Part shown: positions 1-9,848 of the stretch, piece by piece
Position numbering within the stretch: position 1 is the stretch's first letter
How the letters are laid out: each line of letters starts with the position of its first letter
Assembly (NCBI GenBank): GCA_963845245.1
Contig: CAWJRJ010000022.1
Coordinates: forward strand, 9,311-73,310
Origin: Nitrospirota bacterium
GTDB taxonomy: Bacteria > Nitrospirota > JACRHJ01
DNA: 64,000 bases
Reading direction: 5' to 3'
The notes under the pieces: generated by a model
Told to the model about the DNA's origin: nothing
Databases searched by the model: none
What the model saw: only the letters and a program-made list of their open reading frames with translations
Position numbers and translations under genes: made by a program

Positions 1-78
1 CGTGTTCTTCTTGTTCTTCATGGTGGAGTAGTTGCGCTGTTTACAGGTCTGGCACGTAAGCAATATAATGTCCCGCAT
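1..78 (-). CDS. rpmG: 50S ribosomal protein L33 (5' part, runs off window)
   Basis: Manual translation MRDIILLTCQTCKQRNYSTMKNKKNT; CxxC L33 signature; directly downstream of tuf. Confidence 0.93.
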   Translation of the reverse strand, partial: MRDIILLTCQTCKQRNYSTMKNKKNT

Positions 79-116
79 TTTCTAAAGCTCCAATCTTTTA
101 TTTATTTAAAGTCCCT

Positions 117-147
117 GTTACTTTCTCTTTACGAAGAGAGAAAGTAC
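117..147. repeat. Hairpin/REP-like palindrome GTTACTTTCTCTTT-ACG-AAGAGAGAAAGTAC (may also act as a tuf 3' stem-loop)
   Basis: Inverted repeat just past the tuf stop; same GTTACTTT...AAAGTA(A)C architecture as the elements at 34361-34457. Confidence 0.55.
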
Positions 148-156
148 GGTTTTGCA

Positions 157-1356
157 CTACTGTATTATATCAGCCACGACGCCCGCGCCGACGGTACGGC
201 CGCCCTCGCGGATGGCGAAGCGAAGCTCCTTCTCGCAAGCTATCGGCATGATCAGCTCGACTTCTATCGATACGTTGTCGCCAGGCATGACCATCTCCAC
301 ACCTTCAGGCAACGTCACAACGCCCGTAACGTCTGTCGTACGGAAGTAGAACTGCGGACGGTAACCCTTGAAGAACGGGGTATGACGACCACCCTCTTCC
401 TTCGTCAGGATGTACGCCTCGGCCTTGAACTTCGTGTGCGGGTTGATCGACTTCGGCTGTGCCAAAACCATGCCGCGCTCGACGTCGTCCTTCTTCGTGC
501 CACGAAGCAGTACGCCGATGTTGTCGCCGGCCTGGCCCTGGTCAAGAAGCTTACGGAACATCTCAACACCCGTAACGATCGACTTCTGCGTGTCACGGAT
601 ACCGACTATCTCGACTTCCTCGCCAACCTTGACAACGCCGCGCTCTACCCTGCCCGTTACAACAGTGCCGCGCCCGGATATCGTGAACACGTCCTCGACA
701 GGCATAAGGAACGGCTTGTCTATCGCACGCTCAGGCGTCGGGATGTAGCTGTCAACAGCGTCCATCAGCTCCCATATGCACTTGTACTCCTCGGCCGTCG
801 GGTCCGTGCTGGCTGAAGAAAGGGCCTTCAACGCGCTGCCCTTGACGATTGGGATATCGTCGCCGGGGAAATCGTACTTGGAAAGAAGCTCGCGAAGCTC
901 AAGCTCGACAAGCTCCAAAAGCTCGGGGTCGTCGACCATGTCTACCTTGTTCATGAACACTACTATATAAGGCACGCCGACCTGACGGGCAAGCAGGATG
1001 TGCTCGCGGGTCTGGGGCATCGGGCCGTCTGCTGCGGACACGACCAGGATCGCGCCGTCCATCTGCGCAGCACCCGTGATCATGTTCTTTACATAGTCGG
1101 CATGGCCCGGGCAGTCAACATGAGCATAATGCCGCTTCGTGGTCTCGTACTCGACATGCGCCGTCGCTATCGTGATGCCGCGCTCACGCTCCTCGGGGGC
1201 CTTGTCTATCATGTCAAACGCGGTGAACTTCGCCTGGCCCTTCGTCGCCAAGGTCTTCGTTATCGCCGCCGTCAACGTCGTCTTGCCATGGTCAACGTGG
1301 CCTATCGTACCTACGTTAACATGGGGCTTCGTACGCTCAAATTTCTCTTTAGCCAT
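157..1356 (-). CDS. tuf: Elongation factor Tu
   Basis: [27 protein letters not shown]...; AGGAGG RBS before the ATG at 1356. Confidence 0.99.
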   Translation of the reverse strand: MAKEKFERTKPHVNVGTIGHVDHGKTTLTAAITKTLATKGQAKFTAFDMIDKAPEERERGITIATAHVEYETTKRHYAHVDCPGHADYVKNMITGAAQMDGAILVVSAADGPMPQTREHILLARQVGVPYIVVFMNKVDMVDDPELLELVELELRELLSKYDFPGDDIPIVKGSALKALSSASTDPTAEEYKCIWELMDAVDSYIPTPERAIDKPFLMPVEDVFTISGRGTVVTGRVERGVVKVGEEVEIVGIRDTQKSIVTGVEMFRKLLDQGQAGDNIGVLLRGTKKDDVERGMVLAQPKSINPHTKFKAEAYILTKEEGGRHTPFFKGYRPQFYFRTTDVTGVVTLPEGVEMVMPGDNVSIEVELIMPIACEKELRFAIREGGRTVGAGVVADIIQ

Positions 1357-1461
1357 CGCTATTCCTCCTGAAAAAGGAAAACAGACGTAAGAGTACACAC
1401 CTCCCTCGGGCCGGTTATTTCTCTAATACCTGCCTGGGTGCATACCCTTTCGCCAAAATTA

Positions 1462-1537
1462 TGGAGCCTATGTCCAGGATCGAACTGGAGACCTCGTCAT
1501 TACCAATGACGTGCTCTGCCAACTGAGCTACATAGGC
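1462..1537 (-). tRNA. tRNA-Thr (GGT)
   Basis: GCCTATGTAGCTCAG...CGTCA-TTGGTAA-TGACG...GTTCGATCC...CCA; 76-nt cloverleaf. Confidence 0.97.
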
Positions 1538-1541
1538 GTTC

Positions 1542-2771
1542 TTACGTTCCTAAACTATTGCGCCAGAGGCTCTCAAAATCCGCCAGTGAAATACCTGCCG
1601 CCTCGACCATCGCATCCGACAGGCCGCGTCCCTCTCCTAGAAGCTTTACCAGGTTGGAGAGGCTGTACATTCCGTACCTGTCAACGTAAAACCTCACAGC
1701 CGATAATGACTCCGCATAGGCCTGCCTGACCTTACCCGGATCCCCTATACCCATGAACGACCCGGAAAGCGAGGAAAGCGGGATAAAATCACCCCCTCTA
1801 ACGTCCCCTTCCGGTTCCCGCGCCCACCTTTCCTCGTACTGGGCAATCCCCTCGTCGAGCCAGGTGGGTAACTTGTTACCCGCGATCGTGTGCAAGACCG
1901 CATGGGTAAATTCATGGTGAAGGACGGCCGAAAGCGCTGTGTTATCTATATGTCCGCCGACCGGGATCCTGATGTTGCCGTCAAAAATCCCGCCAGACCA
2001 CGAAGGGGCGTCGGTTACGTCAACAAACTGCTTCCGGGTGTAAAGTATTACGTTTACCGGCTCCTTGAGGTAGTACCCCAAGTCGCCCCCGACATTTGTA
2101 GAAGCACTGTACAGGATGTTCAGGACCTCGTCGCCGAGTTCCCTCTTTTCCTCGCCTTCGTACCGGACATTAAAATAATATGTCTCACGCTTTGTAAAGG
2201 AACCCTCTACACCAAGTTCCTTCTTCGCCCTGGCAATCGACGCCTTGACGTCGTTGTTGTCAGGCTTTATCTCAAGGGCCAGCTCCCATTCCCTGATGGC
2301 TTCCCGGAGCTTACCCCTGTCGTAATTTATCTGTCCGAGCAACTCATGCGGCTGCTCGCCGTTCGGGTCGATATTTACGGCCTCGTTCAGGTAGTACAGC
2401 GCGTCGTCGCTGTTTTTAAGCCTGAACAGCGCGTAACCCAGTCCGAGATAGGTAGCCATCTCTTTTTTGGGCTCGACCAGCCTCGCCTTCTTGAAACATT
2501 CGATGGCGGAATCGAACTTCTCCCTGCCCGACAACTCCCAGCCCTTGCCATCGTACGCGAAGCCCAAAAGCCTTTTGAACTCGTCGTCGAAGGGGTCGGC
2601 TGCGGATGCCGGTTCAAGTATTTTTATCGCGCTCCCGAAATCTCTTGCGTTAAGCGCATTAATAGCCTGATTCTTAACAGCTTCTGTCTGAACTGACGCA
2701 AGGCATTCCATCCTTGCAGCGGTAAAGAAACAGAAGATAAACAGTACTACTTTAAGAGCAACACCCTTCAA
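1542..2771 (-). CDS. Exported TPR-repeat zinc metallopeptidase (peptidase MA-like/gluzincin)
   Basis: N-terminal signal-like stretch, several TPR-like helical repeats, LHHEFTH (HExxH) followed by WLDEGIAQY. Confidence 0.85.
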   Translation of the reverse strand: MKGVALKVVLFIFCFFTAARMECLASVQTEAVKNQAINALNARDFGSAIKILEPASAADPFDDEFKRLLGFAYDGKGWELSGREKFDSAIECFKKARLVEPKKEMATYLGLGYALFRLKNSDDALYYLNEAVNIDPNGEQPHELLGQINYDRGKLREAIREWELALEIKPDNNDVKASIARAKKELGVEGSFTKRETYYFNVRYEGEEKRELGDEVLNILYSASTNVGGDLGYYLKEPVNVILYTRKQFVDVTDAPSWSGGIFDGNIRIPVGGHIDNTALSAVLHHEFTHAVLHTIAGNKLPTWLDEGIAQYEERWAREPEGDVRGGDFIPLSSLSGSFMGIGDPGKVRQAYAESLSAVRFYVDRYGMYSLSNLVKLLGEGRGLSDAMVEAAGISLADFESLWRNSLGT

Positions 2772-2807
2772 ATGGGAGCCCCTTTTGCCTCAAAGGCCCT
2801 GCCAAAA

Positions 2808-2883
2808 TGGAGCGGGCGACGGGATTCGAACCCGCGACCTCCAGCTTGGAAGGCTGGAGCTCTACCAGCTGAGCTACACCCGC
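2808..2883 (-). tRNA. tRNA-Gly (TCC)
   Basis: GCGGGTGTAGCTCAG...CCAGC-CTTCCAA-GCTGG...GTTCGAATCC...CCA. Confidence 0.97.
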
Positions 2884-2893
2884 AAAGTTACTA

Positions 2894-2980
2894 TGGTGGG
2901 GAGGGGAGGGTTCGAACCTCCGTAGGTGCAAGACCGGCAGATTTACAGTCTGCTGCCATTAACCGCTCGGCCACCTCCCC
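2894..2980 (-). tRNA. tRNA-Tyr (GTA)
   Basis: GGGGAGGTGGCCGAGCGG...GCAGA-CTGTAAA-TCTGC, long variable arm, CCA end. Confidence 0.97.
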
Positions 2981-3326
2981 GAAATTAACCTGCAGGAGCT
3001 TCAAGGCGGGACATTTTATAAAAGATTTAAGGTATTGTCAACTATAAATACCGAAAATCTTGTCCCAATCTCGCCCCTCGCCTAAACTGATGATGCCGGC
3101 GACGGTATCTGAAGCCGCGATACCCTGGATCCAAGACCTCTCCGCGATTTCAACCAACCTGCTGTTTTTTCGAGATATTTTCTTTTTTAGTCAGTAGGTG
3201 GCCTAATATTAAAATAGGCAACCTTATTGGAATCGGTGGTTTAACTCCCGATGTGCAGCTATGAATCTCTTATTTTGCCAGAAAATCAATGGGTTTGTCA
3301 AGTTTAATTTAGCAGTAATGCTTAAT

Positions 3327-3357
3327 AAAAAGGGCTGCGAAAGGATTCGCAGCCCTT
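3327..3357 (-). terminator. Rho-independent terminator after tRNA-Thr(TGT)
   Basis: AAGGGCTGCGAA-loop-TTCGCAGCCCT stem followed by a T run on the minus strand. Confidence 0.75.
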
Positions 3358-3365
3358 AAAAATTC

Positions 3366-3441
3366 TGGTGCCGGCAACAGGGATCGAACCCGTGGCCTAT
3401 TGATTACAAATCAATTGCTCTACCAGCTGAGCTATGCCGGC
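3366..3441 (-). tRNA. tRNA-Thr (TGT)
   Basis: GCCGGCATAGCTCAG...ATTGA-TTTGTAA-TCAAT...GTTCGATCC...CCA. Confidence 0.97.
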
Positions 3442-3482
3442 CAAAATCAAGTTTTGCATTTTATAGCAAGACTAAAATAATG

Positions 3483-4930
3483 TCAAGACTTTGCGGAGGC
3501 CGATTTCCTCTGCCTTACGACTTCATATAATAGCACGCCTGCCGCAACCGAGACATTGAGCGAAGACACCTTGCCCATCATCGGCAGATGAGACTATCTC
3601 GTCGCAGGCCTTCTCGACTATCGGCCTGATGCCGGTACCTTCGCTACCCATAACGGCGGCGATAGGCACCGTCATGTCGAAGGCGGTATAGTCCTTTTTG
3701 GACTCGCCTGAGAGCCCAATGACCCAGAAGCCCTTTTCCTTGAGGAAATCGATGTAGTTTACGAGGTTTGTGACCTTGCCCACCGGCATATGCTCGAGGG
3801 CGCCCGCAGAGGCCCTGAGCGACCGCCGCCGTGAGGTGCGCGGCCCTGTGTTCCGGTATTATCACGCAGTCCACGCCCGCGGATTCTGCGGTACGTATGA
3901 CAGCGCCAAGGTTATGCGGGTCTTCCACGCCGTCCAGGACCAGCACTATCGGGGCCTTCTTATTCTTAAGCGCTTCCTCGACTATCGCATACGGGTCGGA
4001 GTATTCCTTGGGAGCGACGATAGCAATTGCGCCCTGATGTCTGAGCAAGCCAGACAGGCTGTCGAGCGCGCTCTTGGGGACCATCTTGACGGTTATACCT
4101 TTCCTTCTGGCCAGCCCGATAATCTCCTCGAACTGCTTGCCGCCCTTCTCGTGGTCAATAAGGATCGTGCCCACGGGACGCCCGCCGGAACGCAGAAGCT
4201 CGATGACAGGGTTTAAGCCCATTACCTTCTCGTCAAGGTCTTGCAGGACCGGACGCTCATCCATCTTGCCGAAGGCCTCGGCAGACCTCTCGCCATGTTC
4301 CGTACGGGGGGGACGCGGCTCGGCAGGCCTATCATATCTGCCCGGCCTCTCGTAACGCTCACCACCAGAGGAGGCGGGCCTGCTGTATTCCGGCCTGCCA
4401 GAAGGGCGTTTATTATCTCTATCATAGCCTGCGCCGCCTGATGGAGCGGGCCTGCTTGGTCTGCGGGGAGCTTCATTCCTATTGTCTGGCCTGTTGTCCG
4501 GCCTGCTGTATTCCGGCCTGCCGGTGGGACGCCTGTTATCTCTATCATAGCCTGCGCCGCCTGATGGAGCGGGCCTGCTTGGCCTGCGGGGAGCTTCATT
4601 CCTGTTGTCTGGCCTGTTGTCCGGCCTGCTGTATTCAGGCCTGCCGGTGGGGCGTTTGTAATCTTTCTCGTATCCACCGCCACCTGATGAGGCCGGCCTG
4701 ACGCTTCTTGTTGCTGGCTTGCCAGCACCGCGCCCAGTACCTGACGAAGCAGAGCCTCCCGTATTCCTGAAACCGCCGCCGGGTTTTGCTGAAGACGAGC
4801 CGCTGACTCTGCGTGCGCCGCCGCCTGGGGCAACCGGGCCGCCCCTCTTCTGTGCCACAGGCTGTCTCGCTCCGGACCTGCCCTTACCGCCGCCGCCCTT
4901 TGGCCCGCTGCCTACTCTTTTATCTGCCAT
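3483..4930 (-). CDS. rlmB: 23S rRNA (Gm2251) methyltransferase RlmB with a ~230-aa low-complexity N-terminal extension (two apparent indels)
   Basis: VLDGVEDPHNLGAVIRTAE, MGSEGTGIR and, in a third frame, PMMGKVSSLNVSVAAGVLLYEVVRQR; canonical cysE-cysS-rlmB order. Confidence 0.9.
4377..4700. repeat. In-frame 123-bp tandem repeat (~2.6 copies) encoding a 41-aa R/P/G/D-rich unit
   Basis: GGCCTGCTGTATTC recurs at 4377, 4500 and 4623; unit RPTGRPEYSRPDNRPDNRNEAPRRPSRPAPSGGAGYDRDNR. Confidence 0.92.
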
Positions 4931-6460
4931 TTTGTCCCTTCAGGTCCCGTCTAATAATTCTATCCCGGCTTTTGCCAACATATCCCTTACCCTGTCCGCC
5001 TTCTTCCAGTCCTTGGTAAGGCGGGCATCCTTGCGGTCTTTTATCAGCCCATCTATCTGTATCGTTGAAATTACTCCGTTAGACAGGCTGTAGCCAAGCT
5101 CGCTGAATCCTTCCAGCAGGCCAGCCAATTCGTCCTCCGGCACTTTCAACTCGATTGCCTTGCCCGTCCTCCCAAACCATTCGTCCGGGTCGCGTTTGAA
5201 GAGGTTCAACACCCCGGCGGCCTCGGTCAATGCGGTCATCGCAAATGACAGGACGTCTTTGATGTGCTGGTCGCTTTGAAGAAGTTCCTGGTCGGTGGCG
5301 GCCCTGTTTATCTCGCGCACAAGCTCGAAAACAAGCCCAATTGCCGAGGCGGTGTTAAAGTCGTCGTCCATCGCATCCAGGAAGCCGGTTTTAAACGACT
5401 TTACTGCCTTGTGCAGTTCAAGCGCAATGGACGAAAGCTCTTCTTTGGCATATTCCGACGGACTGTGACCGGCAAGGGCACCGTTCAAGGCTTCGAGCAT
5501 CGTGTAATATCTCTCCAGGCCCGCCCTAGCGTCCTGAAGGCTCTGGTCTGAGAAATCTATGGGGCTCCTGTATTGCGTGGAGAGCAGGAAGAACCTGATG
5601 ACCTCCGGTTCGTAATTTTCCATTATCTCTTTTATCGTGAAGAAGTTCCCGAGGGACTTGGACATCTTCTCGCGGTTCACGTTCACAAAGCCGTTATGGA
5701 GCCAGTAGCGCGCAAACGGCTTGCCTGTCGCGGCCTCGGCCTGAGCTATCTCGTTTTCATGGTGCGGGAACTGGAGGTCCATACCGCCCGCGTGGATGTC
5801 GAAGGTGTCGCCCAGGTGCTTCGTGGACATGGCCGAGCATTCGATGTGCCAACCCGGCCTTCCGGGCCCCCACGGGGAATCCCACGCAGGCTCCCCCGGC
5901 TTTGAGGCCTTCCATAATACGAAGTCTAGCGGGTCTTTCTTTCGCTCGTCGACGTCCACCCTCGCACCGGAGACCATGTCGTCAATCGGCTTCTTGGATA
6001 ATTTCCCGTAGCCCTTGAACTTCCTGACAGAGAAGAACACGTCGCCGCCGGATGCATATGCATAGCCCTTTTCTTCGAGGCGGCGGACCATGTCTATTAT
6101 CTCGGCAATGTGTTCGGTAGCCTTCGGTTCGACGTCCGGGCGTTCGACCCCAAGCTTGGCCATGTCCTTTATGTATTCATCCGTATACTTCTCGGCCAGC
6201 TCTTTCCAGGTAACACCAGTCTCTGCTGCCCTCTTTATTATCTTGTCGTCAATGTCCGTGAAGTTACGGACGTATTTAATCCTGTAGCCCTTGTGTTGGA
6301 GGTACTTCCGCACCACGTCGAATACGACGGCTCCGCGCGCATGGCCCAAGTGGCTGTGGTCATATACCGTGACACCGCAGGCGTAGATACCCGCTTCACC
6401 TTCCTTGACAGGTACGAACTCTTCTTTGTGGCCCGTAAGCGTATTATATATCCTGAGCAT
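4912..6460 (-). CDS. cysS: Cysteine--tRNA ligase
   Basis: CGVTVYD, HLGH, WHIECSAM and KMSKS motifs; removing one extra G near 4947 restores the usual ...DGPEGTKWQIKE* end at 4912. Confidence 0.96.
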
Positions 6461-6480
6461 TTTCCCCGTTCTCAAAAAAA

Positions 6481-7530
6481 TTATTCAAAATCAAGGCTGT
6501 CGCGCCCCACTGAAACCTCGGCTACCGATGCGCTCTGCGCTTCAGGTGCCATAGCCTCTCCGCCTTCCTGCGGCGAAGCTGACTGCCCTTCCGGCTTTTT
6601 GCCCCTTCGTCTGCGCCTCACCCTCTTCTTATGGGGGGCCGCCTCCGCGGGTTGATCTTCCCCGCCCGGATGCTCGGCCTGGGCAAGTTCCCGGGTCTTC
6701 TTGATGGCACGGAACTTCATCCTCTCGTCCTTTTCCATCCTAGCCATACGGGCCTGGCGCTCCTGCACAGTTTCAGATGGAAGCTCAACGGGCTTTACCA
6801 GCTTTTGCTGCGAAGACGGAGCACCACCGCGCTTTCTGGGTTCCTGCTTTCTGGAGGAAGGCTGCGCAAATGGCTGCGATGGCGGCTGTGAAGAGGGCTG
6901 ACCTTCAAGCCTGCTCTCGAGACGGGATATCTGCTTCTGCAAACGGGTGAGTGTCTCGTTAAGCGGGTCGGGCATGTGAAGATGGTCAAGCATCGCGGCC
7001 TCGGCCGTCTTCTCGCCGTGCACCCTCACTACCCTACCGGGTACGCCGACAACGGTCGAATGAGGCGGGACGGAAGTAAGGACCACGGCGTTCGCGCCGA
7101 TCTTGACTCGGTCCCCGACGGTTATGCCGCCGAGCACCTTCGCCCCTGCCCCGACGACTACGTAGTTGCCGAGTGTCGGGTGGCGCTTGCCGCGCTCCTT
7201 GCCCGTGCCGCCCAGTGTAACGCCCTGGAAGAGCAGGCAATGCTCGCCTATCTCAGTCGTCTCCCCGATGACCACTCCCATGCCGTGGTCGATAAAGAGG
7301 CTGCCGCCGATCTTTGCGGCCGGGTGTATTTCTATGCCGGTAAACAACCTTGCAGCCTGGGATAGAGCCCTAGCGAAAAACGGCATACCCATGCGGTGAA
7401 ACCAGTGCGCTATCCGGTGTGCTAGCAATGCATGGAAACCGGAATAAGTGAAAAGCACCTCCAACTTGCTGGTCGCGGCAGGGTCCATCTCGAAGACGGC
7501 CCTGAAATCCGCCCTTATCTTGTCAAACAT
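6481..7530 (-). CDS. cysE: Serine O-acetyltransferase with a ~140-aa disordered basic C-terminal extension
   Basis: TGIEIHPAAKIG, FIDHGMGVVIGET, GVTLGGTGKERGKRHPTLG hexapeptide repeats. Confidence 0.95.
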   Translation of the reverse strand: MFDKIRADFRAVFEMDPAATSKLEVLFTYSGFHALLAHRIAHWFHRMGMPFFARALSQAARLFTGIEIHPAAKIGGSLFIDHGMGVVIGETTEIGEHCLLFQGVTLGGTGKERGKRHPTLGNYVVVGAGAKVLGGITVGDRVKIGANAVVLTSVPPHSTVVGVPGRVVRVHGEKTAEAAMLDHLHMPDPLNETLTRLQKQISRLESRLEGQPSSQPPSQPFAQPSSRKQEPRKRGGAPSSQQKLVKPVELPSETVQERQARMARMEKDERMKFRAIKKTRELAQAEHPGGEDQPAEAAPHKKRVRRRRRGKKPEGQSASPQEGGEAMAPEAQSASVAEVSVGRDSLDFE

Positions 7531-7539
7531 TCAAATCCT

Positions 7540-8028
7540 CTATTCCCGTGGCCCTCTGACCAGTGTGCAGACCGCCTGGGAGGCTATGCCTTCCCCTCTC
7601 CCTTCGGGACCAAGACCTTCGGTTGTGGTAGCCTTTACGTTTACCGACCCGATGTCGACTCCGAGGTCGCTTGCTATGTTCTCCCTCATTGCGGGTATGA
7701 AGGATGCGAGCTTCGGTCTCTGCGCAACTATTACTGAGTCCACGTTTGAAATGCTGAAATTGTTGTCCCGGATTTTCTTCGCGACCGAGGCCAGGAGCTT
7801 CCTGCTCGATATGCCTTTGTATGATTGGTCTGTATCCGGGAAATGGATGCCGATATCGCCAAGGCCCGCCGCTCCAAGCAGGGCATCCGCGATGGCATGG
7901 AGGAGGACGTCGGCGTCGGAATGGCCCAGAAGCCCTTTCTCGAAGGGGACGTCAACCCCGCCAAGTATCAACTTGCGGCCCTCGACAAGCCGGTGTACGT
8001 CATAGCCTATACCTGTCCTTATAGTCAC
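7540..8028 (-). CDS. ispF: 2-C-methyl-D-erythritol 2,4-cyclodiphosphate synthase
   Basis: [31 protein letters not shown]. Confidence 0.97.
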   Translation of the reverse strand: MTIRTGIGYDVHRLVEGRKLILGGVDVPFEKGLLGHSDADVLLHAIADALLGAAGLGDIGIHFPDTDQSYKGISSRKLLASVAKKIRDNNFSISNVDSVIVAQRPKLASFIPAMRENIASDLGVDIGSVNVKATTTEGLGPEGRGEGIASQAVCTLVRGPRE

Positions 8029-8741
8029 GCGTGCCGTCCTGTGCCCTTATTCTGCGCCTCTTTCTTCAGCAGGGCCTCGGCCATGACCATGTCTTCGGGG
8101 GTGGTGATCTTGATGTTCGAGTAGGAGCCCATCACGACCTTTACTTTTCCGCCGTACCTCTCCACTAGCGAGGCCTCGTCGGTGCCGTAGAAACCGTCCG
8201 CATAGGCTTTCTCGAAGGCACTCTTTAATGCATGGTACCTGAAGGCCTGTGGTGTCTGTACTTGATAACAGCTCTGCCTGTCCAGGGTTTTCCTGACCAT
8301 CCCGTCCTTTGTGACCTCCTTCAGGGTATCCTTTGCGGGCACGGCAAGTATCGCCCCGTCGCAGGTCGCCAGCGCCTTCAAAAGCTCCTCTACAAGTTCC
8401 GCAGTCACAAAGGGGCGGACGCCGTCATGGACCATCACGACATCAGTGTCGGGGTCCACGCTCTTGAGGCCGTTATAAACGGAGTCCTGCCTCTGGTGCC
8501 CGCCCGGCACTACACGCTTTACCTTTTTCAGGCTCTGACACTCCACACAGTCTTCCAGGCAGTGCTCAAGCTCGTCCTGCGGGACAATCGGGATTATCTC
8601 CGAGATATCCTTGATGCTTTCGAAGAGGTGGAGGGTATGCGCAAGCACGGGGCGTCCGTCAAGCAGCAGGAACTGCTTCTTTATCCCCTTACCCATCCGC
8701 GTGCCAGACCCTGCCGCAGGCACAAGAACCGTGATCTTCAA
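8025..8741 (-). CDS. ispD: 2-C-methyl-D-erythritol 4-phosphate cytidylyltransferase
   Basis: [32 protein letters not shown]; 4-bp overlap with ispF. Confidence 0.97.
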   Translation of the reverse strand: MKITVLVPAAGSGTRMGKGIKKQFLLLDGRPVLAHTLHLFESIKDISEIIPIVPQDELEHCLEDCVECQSLKKVKRVVPGGHQRQDSVYNGLKSVDPDTDVVMVHDGVRPFVTAELVEELLKALATCDGAILAVPAKDTLKEVTKDGMVRKTLDRQSCYQVQTPQAFRYHALKSAFEKAYADGFYGTDEASLVERYGGKVKVVMGSYSNIKITTPEDMVMAEALLKKEAQNKGTGRHA

Positions 8742-8769
8742 GCTTCAGCCCTCTCTCTAATGAATAACA

Positions 8770-9799
8770 TCAGCTTGCACTGACAGAATGGAACTCCTCC
8801 CGCTCGGACTCCTCCTTCAGCTTGGTGAATATCATCCTGCCGGCAGTGGTCTGAAGGACCGAGGTCACGGCCACGTCCACCGTCTTGCCTATGGACTTCC
8901 TGCCGTTCTCCACCACTATCATCGTCCCGTCGTCAAGGTAGCCCACCCCCTGGCCAAACTCCTTGCCCTCCTTGAGGACGAACACCCGCATTATCTCGCC
9001 GGGCAGGACCACCGGCTTTACCGCGTTTGAAAGCTCGTTGATGTTGAGGACGGCAACGCCTTGCAGCTCCGCGACCTTGTTGAGGTTGAAGTCGTTGGTT
9101 ATGACCTTGCCGTTCTTCACCTTTGCAAGCGCTACCAGCTTCGCGTCCACCTCCCTTATCTTCGGGAAGTCTTCTTCGATTATCTTGACGTCGAGGCCGG
9201 ACAGCTTCTGTATCCTGTGCAGGATGTCGAGCCCGCGCCTGCCCCTGCGCCCTCTTCAACGGGTCGGACGAGTCGGCTATATGCTGGAGCTCATGAAGTA
9301 TGAACTGCGGGATGATAAACTCTCCTTCCAGAAACCCGGTCTCGCAGATATCGGCTATCCTGCCGTCGATTATCACGCTGGTATCGAGTATCTTTATGTT
9401 GCCGGATTCCTCCGGGGCCTTGAAGACGTTTATCGTCTTCCTGAAGTTGAACTCGTTGCCCTTCTGGGCGCCGAAGACAAGCCCGAAGTAGCCCAGTACG
9501 GTATAAATGAGAAACCTGGCTATGCCGGCCATGTCCGTCGAGATCGGCAGGCGTTTAAGGGGCAGCGAGACAAGGGCAGCAAGCAGTATTCCAGCCGCCA
9601 GCCCGATTACGGCACCAGTCAAAGCCCTTACCGGCGCCTTGCGGACTGCAAGCTCCAGCAATATGGCTACAAGCCCTACTGAAAACCCGATACCTGCCCC
9701 CAGGAACGGCTGCTCCGCAAACTGCGTCATCCCGGAAAAGATAAGGTGTCCGGTAAGCGCGGCAGCCAAAAGAAAAATTCCGCGTATTACGTTTATCAT
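8770..9799 (-). CDS. Membrane-anchored PIN/TRAM domain protein (YacL-like), one indel near 9245
   Basis: N-terminal TM helices, [15 protein letters not shown] motif, [19 protein letters not shown] domain; usual position upstream of ispD. Confidence 0.92.
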
Positions 9800-9848
9800 A
9801 ATTCCTCCAGAACCACTACTATAATACTGTATGGTATGACTACAACAA

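Noticed and set aside
1462..3441. Prophage or integrative element at the tRNA cluster
   Set aside because: No integrase, phage genes or duplicated tRNA 3' end (att) seen
4377..4700. Possible CRISPR array
   Set aside because: Contiguous 123-bp in-frame coding repeat with no spacers; no cas genes in the window
4940..4942. TGA at the cysS end as selenocysteine or readthrough
   Set aside because: One extra G explains it and restores the usual C-terminus; no SECIS-like hairpin evident
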